Below are positions 59,193-64,000 of a DNA stretch of 64,000 nt, piece by piece. Location of the stretch: contig OY970175.1 of assembly GCA_963707865.1 (NCBI GenBank), positions 80,748 to 144,747 on the forward strand. The letters run 5' to 3'. This DNA is from an uncultured bacterium. GTDB taxonomy: Bacteria; Patescibacteriota; Minisyncoccia; UBA6257; 2-01-FULL-56-20. The notes under the pieces are model-generated. The model had not been told where the DNA came from and made no database searches. It saw only the letters and a program-made list of their open reading frames with translations. A program made the translations under genes and the position numbers. How positions within the stretch are numbered: the first letter of the stretch is position 1; each line of letters starts with the position of its first letter.

Positions 59193-60125
59193 ATGGAATC
59201 GGCACAGAACCTCAAACGACGCATAAAGAGCGTCCAGAATATCGGGCAGATCACGAAGGCGATGGAACTTGTGGCGGCCACAAAGATGCGCCGTGCGCAG
59301 GAGCTCGCACTCACTTCACGGCCGTATGCCTATACCGCGCTTGAGCTTTTGGCCATCCTTTCCGAGCTCAAGGACGTACCGATGCCGGAACTCCTCGTTG
59401 CGCGGCCGGTCATAAAAACGGTATTCATGATCGTGACCTCCGATAAAGGGCTTGCGGGCTCGTTCAACAGTGCTGTCATTCGCAGGTTTGAACATTTTCT
59501 CCGATCAGAACATATTGATCCGCACAATCCGCAATATGCTTTTGTTGCGATCGGCCAGAAAGCGAAGATCTATCTTGAGCGGCGAAAACTCAACGTGGTT
59601 GGGACCTTCACACGCGTGGGCGATTACACGAAGCGGGAAGAGGTGGAACCCATTTCCAATTTTTTGATTGAGGGATTTTTGAGACACGATTTTGACAGCG
59701 TGGTCGTATTCTTCACCACATTCGTGACCGCGTTGCGGCAGGACGCCGTCGCGCGTGAGTTCCTGCCCATCGGATACGAGATGATCAAGCAATCCATTGA
59801 AGAGACCATCCCGCGCGCCGGGCGGTATTCCGAATACGCAAAGTCGGAATCATTCTTTGACGGGAAGGAGCGGGATTACCTTATTGAGCCGTCGCCGAAA
59901 GAAGTGCTTGCGGAACTTGCGCCGGAACTTCTGAAGATTCGTATTTACCACGCGATTTTGGAGGCGAACGCTTCGGAGCATTCCGCGCGGCGCGTGGCAA
60001 TGAAGAACGCGTCCGACAACGCCTCCGAACTTTCCCAGGACCTAAACATGGAATACAATAAATCGCGACAGGCCAACATCACGCGGGAAATCATTGAGGT
60101 CACGTCCGGCGCGAAAACAGCGTAA
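59193..60125 (+). CDS. atpG: ATP synthase F1 gamma subunit
   Basis: An N-terminal ITKAMELVAATKMRRAQ and a C-terminal ITREIIEVTSGA. Confidence 0.9.
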   Translation: MESAQNLKRRIKSVQNIGQITKAMELVAATKMRRAQELALTSRPYAYTALELLAILSELKDVPMPELLVARPVIKTVFMIVTSDKGLAGSFNSAVIRRFEHFLRSEHIDPHNPQYAFVAIGQKAKIYLERRKLNVVGTFTRVGDYTKREEVEPISNFLIEGFLRHDFDSVVVFFTTFVTALRQDAVAREFLPIGYEMIKQSIEETIPRAGRYSEYAKSESFFDGKERDYLIEPSPKEVLAELAPELLKIRIYHAILEANASEHSARRVAMKNASDNASELSQDLNMEYNKSRQANITREIIEVTSGAKTA

Positions 60126-60132
60126 TGAATAA

Positions 60133-61524
<1,392 letters not shown>

Positions 61525-61560
61525 TTTCTAATGTCTAATTTCTAATGACGAACGATTAAC

Positions 61561-61806
61561 ATGAAGGTGGGCGTCTATTCATTGCAAAAAGTGTTGTTTC
61601 AGGGCGAGGCGTCTTCGGTGAATTGCCGCACGCGGATAGGGGAGATCACCATTTTGAATCACCATCGCCCGCTCATTTCAGTTTTGAGCAAAGGAACGAT
61701 GAAAATCGTTGACAACGATGAGAAAGAGCATTACATTCCTGTGAGCTCCGGCTTCTTGGAAGTCCGTTCGGGGAACGAAGCGAGATTTTTGGTGGAGGAA
61801 GCATAG
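61561..61806 (+). CDS. atpC: ATP synthase F1 epsilon subunit (beta-sandwich only)
   Basis: 81 aa in the last position of the operon, with the N-terminal beta-sandwich pattern. Confidence 0.75.
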   Translation: MKVGVYSLQKVLFQGEASSVNCRTRIGEITILNHHRPLISVLSKGTMKIVDNDEKEHYIPVSSGFLEVRSGNEARFLVEEA

Positions 61807-61808
61807 CG

Positions 61809-62219
61809 ATGAAGAAAATTTTTGATTTTCAGTCGCCGCGCGAGCATTATCATAATCACGAGGCGTTTCTCTGGTGTTCCGACCAGCGCTTTGAGGAAGT
61901 GCGGCACGCGTTTGCGAAGGCGGGCAATTTCAATACGCCGGATCCGCTCCTTATAGCCGGCGGGGTGAAGTCGCTCGTCGCGCCTACGGACCCGCGTGAC
62001 CGGGAGTTCGTCCTTGAGCAAATTGAGGTGCTCATGGGGCATGGGTTCAGAACGCTCTATGCGATGGCGCATATGAACTGTGCCGCATGCGGCGGGAACA
62101 CCGACCGGGCATTCTACGAGGACACGCTCAAAAAGGCAGGGGAGATCATTCGCAATCGCATTCCCGACCTCAACGTTCGTCTCGTTTTTGCCGATTTCGA
62201 CGGCTTGTATGAAGTATAA
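61809..62219 (+). CDS. Hypothetical protein with beta-carbonic-anhydrase-like Cys/His motifs
   Basis: LWCSDQRF (cf. CxDSR) and HMNCAACGG (cf. HxxCG). At 136 aa it is shorter than canonical beta-CA, so the assignment is tentative. Confidence 0.3.
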   Translation: MKKIFDFQSPREHYHNHEAFLWCSDQRFEEVRHAFAKAGNFNTPDPLLIAGGVKSLVAPTDPRDREFVLEQIEVLMGHGFRTLYAMAHMNCAACGGNTDRAFYEDTLKKAGEIIRNRIPDLNVRLVFADFDGLYEV

Positions 62220-62511
62220 TAAGCTCGTGCGCGACAAGATTCCTGAGCACATCCGCAAAAGAGGCGGAAAGCCGATCTATCACGTGGCGACCGGAGCGGA
62301 ATACTGGAAGAAGTTGAAGGAAAAATTGTACGAAGAGATTGGGGAATTCGTACGGGACGAAAGTCCCGAGGAATTCGCCGACCTTCTTGAGGTGATTGAT
62401 GCTGTTGCGGATTACAAGAAATTTGATCGAAAGCGAATAGTAAAGATGAGAAAACAGAAAGTGGGAGAGCGAGGGCAATTCAAAAAAAGGATTATTCTTG
62501 ACAAATCTTAG
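62209..62511 (+). CDS. MazG-like nucleotide pyrophosphohydrolase (all-alpha NTP-PPase)
   Basis: MKYNKLVRDKIPE...EYWKKLKEKLYEEIGEF...EEFADLLEVIDAV, about 100 aa. It overlaps the upstream ORF by 11 nt. Confidence 0.55.
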   Translation: MKYNKLVRDKIPEHIRKRGGKPIYHVATGAEYWKKLKEKLYEEIGEFVRDESPEEFADLLEVIDAVADYKKFDRKRIVKMRKQKVGERGQFKKRIILDKS

Positions 62512-62516
62512 TTCTT

Positions 62517-62783
62517 ATGAAGACCTCTCAAAAATCTTTTGCCGAAAAAGTACATGCGGTGGTGGCGAAGATCCCGCGCGGGAAAACGCTTACCTATAAA
62601 GAGGTCGCGCGGCGGGCGGGGAGTCCGCGGGCATATCGCGCGGTCGGAAATATTTTGAACAAGAACCGGAATCCCAAAGTGCCGTGCCACCGCGTCACGC
62701 GCTCGGACGGCGATCCGGGCGGATTTGCATGGGGCCGCAAAAAGAAGATAATGATGTTGCAGCGCGAAGGAGCGCTCCCGTAG
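62517..62783 (+). CDS. MGMT-family DNA-binding domain protein (O6-alkylguanine-DNA alkyltransferase C-domain, minimal Ogt)
   Basis: An HTH (LTYKEVARRAGSPRAYRAVGNIL) and the active-site PCHRV with Cys present. Confidence 0.7.
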   Translation: MKTSQKSFAEKVHAVVAKIPRGKTLTYKEVARRAGSPRAYRAVGNILNKNRNPKVPCHRVTRSDGDPGGFAWGRKKKIMMLQREGALP

Positions 62784-62792
62784 GGAAATAAC

Positions 62793-63260
62793 ATGCCAAC
62801 GCTCAAGATATTGAAAATAATAGTAATCGTTTTCGCGGTTATCATCGTGGTACTTCTCGGTGTGCTTGTATTCGTGAAGCCGGTCCAAGGACCCACGGTA
62901 CCTGTGACCGAGAACTCCGCACCGGCCACTTCGCCCGACGGGCGCGTCGTCGTGACGTCGCCGCTCCCGAATGTGCTTGTCTCTTCACCTCTCGCGATCT
63001 CGGGAACCGTGACCGGCGGCGGTTGGTTCTTTGAGGCGGTCTTCCCGGTGAAGGTTCTGGACGGCGATGGCACGATACTTGGACAAGGCCAGGCACAGGC
63101 GCAAAGCGACCGGATGACGACCGGCACCGTGCCCTTCGCAGTGAGCATTCCATTTACAACGCCCAAATATGCGACCGGCACGATTGTATTCGCAAAAGAC
63201 AACCCGTCCGGTCTGCCCACGAACGCCGAGGAATTCAGCGTTCCCGTGAGATTCCAATAA
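62793..63260 (+). CDS. Membrane-anchored protein with Ig-like (Gmad2/GerMN-like) domain
   Basis: An N-terminal TM helix and a beta-rich domain (LAISGTVTGGGWFFEAVFPVKVLDGDG...). Confidence 0.45.
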   Translation: MPTLKILKIIVIVFAVIIVVLLGVLVFVKPVQGPTVPVTENSAPATSPDGRVVVTSPLPNVLVSSPLAISGTVTGGGWFFEAVFPVKVLDGDGTILGQGQAQAQSDRMTTGTVPFAVSIPFTTPKYATGTIVFAKDNPSGLPTNAEEFSVPVRFQ

Positions 63261-63267
63261 GATCCCG

Positions 63268-63720
63268 ATGGTTGAAAACGGCCCTCAAACGAATCTAGCG
63301 GAGAGTTTTCCCGTGACAGGGCCCCAAACCTTCAAAAGCCTTGCGGAGACGGGCGGCAAGTTGTGGGACGTTGTCCAGAAGAGGTTGTGCGATCTCGGAT
63401 GGAGCGAAGAGGAAGCGTACAACTTCGGCTATGCCGTGCACGAAGTGTTTGTGAACGCGGTGAAACATGGCAACAAGGGCGACGCCACAAAGGACGTAGT
63501 GGTCACCTGCAATCTTGGCAAAACGGTAGCCGAAGCGACCGTTGAAGACGAAGGGAAAGGCTTCAATATCAATCAGGTTGCTGATCCTCTTGCTGGAGAG
63601 AATCTCCTCAAAGAAAGCGGCCGAGGTCTTTTTATCATAAGGAATGCAAAGTGTGAGATAGGGGTTTCACAAGGAGAGAAGGGGTGCAAGGTGACCTTGC
63701 GAAAGAGGCGAGAATTTTAA
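63268..63720 (+). CDS. Anti-sigma regulatory factor / Ser-Thr kinase of HATPase_c family (RsbW/SpoIIAB-like)
   Basis: HEVFVNAVKHGN (N-box), EDEGKGF (G1) and GRGLFII (G2). Confidence 0.65.
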   Translation: MVENGPQTNLAESFPVTGPQTFKSLAETGGKLWDVVQKRLCDLGWSEEEAYNFGYAVHEVFVNAVKHGNKGDATKDVVVTCNLGKTVAEATVEDEGKGFNINQVADPLAGENLLKESGRGLFIIRNAKCEIGVSQGEKGCKVTLRKRREF

Positions 63721-63735
63721 CATAAGTTAATTTTT

Positions 63736-63888
63736 ATGAAACATTACATCTGCATCGGCGAGTGCGCCGGAGTTTCGGAAAAGCCCGGCGTATGCCAGTC
63801 GCCCACGTGCTCAAAGCACGGCACGCCGCTCAGCGAATGCGAATGCGGGGATGGGAAGCACGGGAAGAAGGACGAGCAGAAAAAATAG
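63736..63888 (+). CDS. Small Cys-rich protein (50 aa), possible metal-binding
   Basis: MKHYICIGECAGVSEKPGVCQSPTCSKHGTPLSECECGDGKHGKKDEQKK. It is below the 60-aa cutoff of the ORF track, and its codon usage looks host-like. Confidence 0.3.
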   Translation: MKHYICIGECAGVSEKPGVCQSPTCSKHGTPLSECECGDGKHGKKDEQKK

Positions 63889-64000
63889 ACAGGCGGCGGA
63901 GCGCAGAGTCCCGCAGCGCGAAGTTGTATTTTTTATTTGCCCAGGCGGGGCCGGCGTAATCCACGCCGATTCGCTTTCGGGCGGCGATTGCTTTGCGGGG

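Overview
This 64 kb window looks like a small, gene-dense bacterial genome, probably from the CPR/Parcubacteria or a similar streamlined lineage. Background GC is about 58-60%, most genes are on the plus strand, and many adjacent genes overlap by 4 bp (ATGA).

Most of the window is housekeeping:
- Translation: metG, leuS, aspS, tsaD, rplY/L25, rpmE/L31, prfA, prfB.
- Cell division and energy: ftsEX followed by a complete F1Fo ATP synthase operon atpBEFHAGDC.
- Central metabolism and repair: pgk, rnhA, dinB, a TatD-family hydrolase, HtrA.
- Stable RNAs: rnpB (RNase P RNA) and five tRNAs.

Non-core content:
- An AT-rich accessory island at about 1.0-6.4 kb holds an HNH-like small protein, an HTH-Panacea (DUF4065) antitoxin-like gene translationally coupled to an unknown 130-aa protein, and a single-chain type IIG/IIL restriction-modification gene split by an IS481-family insertion sequence.
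- A PemK/MazF-like toxin with no visible antitoxin sits just downstream of dinB.
- leuS carries an in-frame insertion of a NUDIX hydrolase domain (about 160 aa) in an AT-rich segment. Two free-standing NUDIX genes are also present in the window.
- An accessory segment rich in tRNA genes (23.2-27.1 kb) contains an unassigned, hairpin-rich, apparently non-coding region of about 0.85 kb lying between two tRNA genes. It also holds a LAGLIDADG-like ORF, a zinc-ribbon ORF, a CYTH-domain gene and a NUDIX gene.
- rnpB contains three near-identical hairpins of about 30 nt.
- prfA lacks domain 1 (249 aa). prfB has the classical +1 programmed frameshift (CTT TGA C).
- A tRNA-like element and a consensus sigma70-type promoter precede tRNA-Thr and prfB.
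- A tandem motif AATTTCTAATG recurs in three intergenic regions of the ftsEX-atp cluster.
- A mgtA-mgtC pair, a TraD/VirD4-like ATPase, two receiver-only response regulators with a histidine kinase, and two secreted low-complexity proteins are also present.

No CRISPR array and no rRNA genes were seen.
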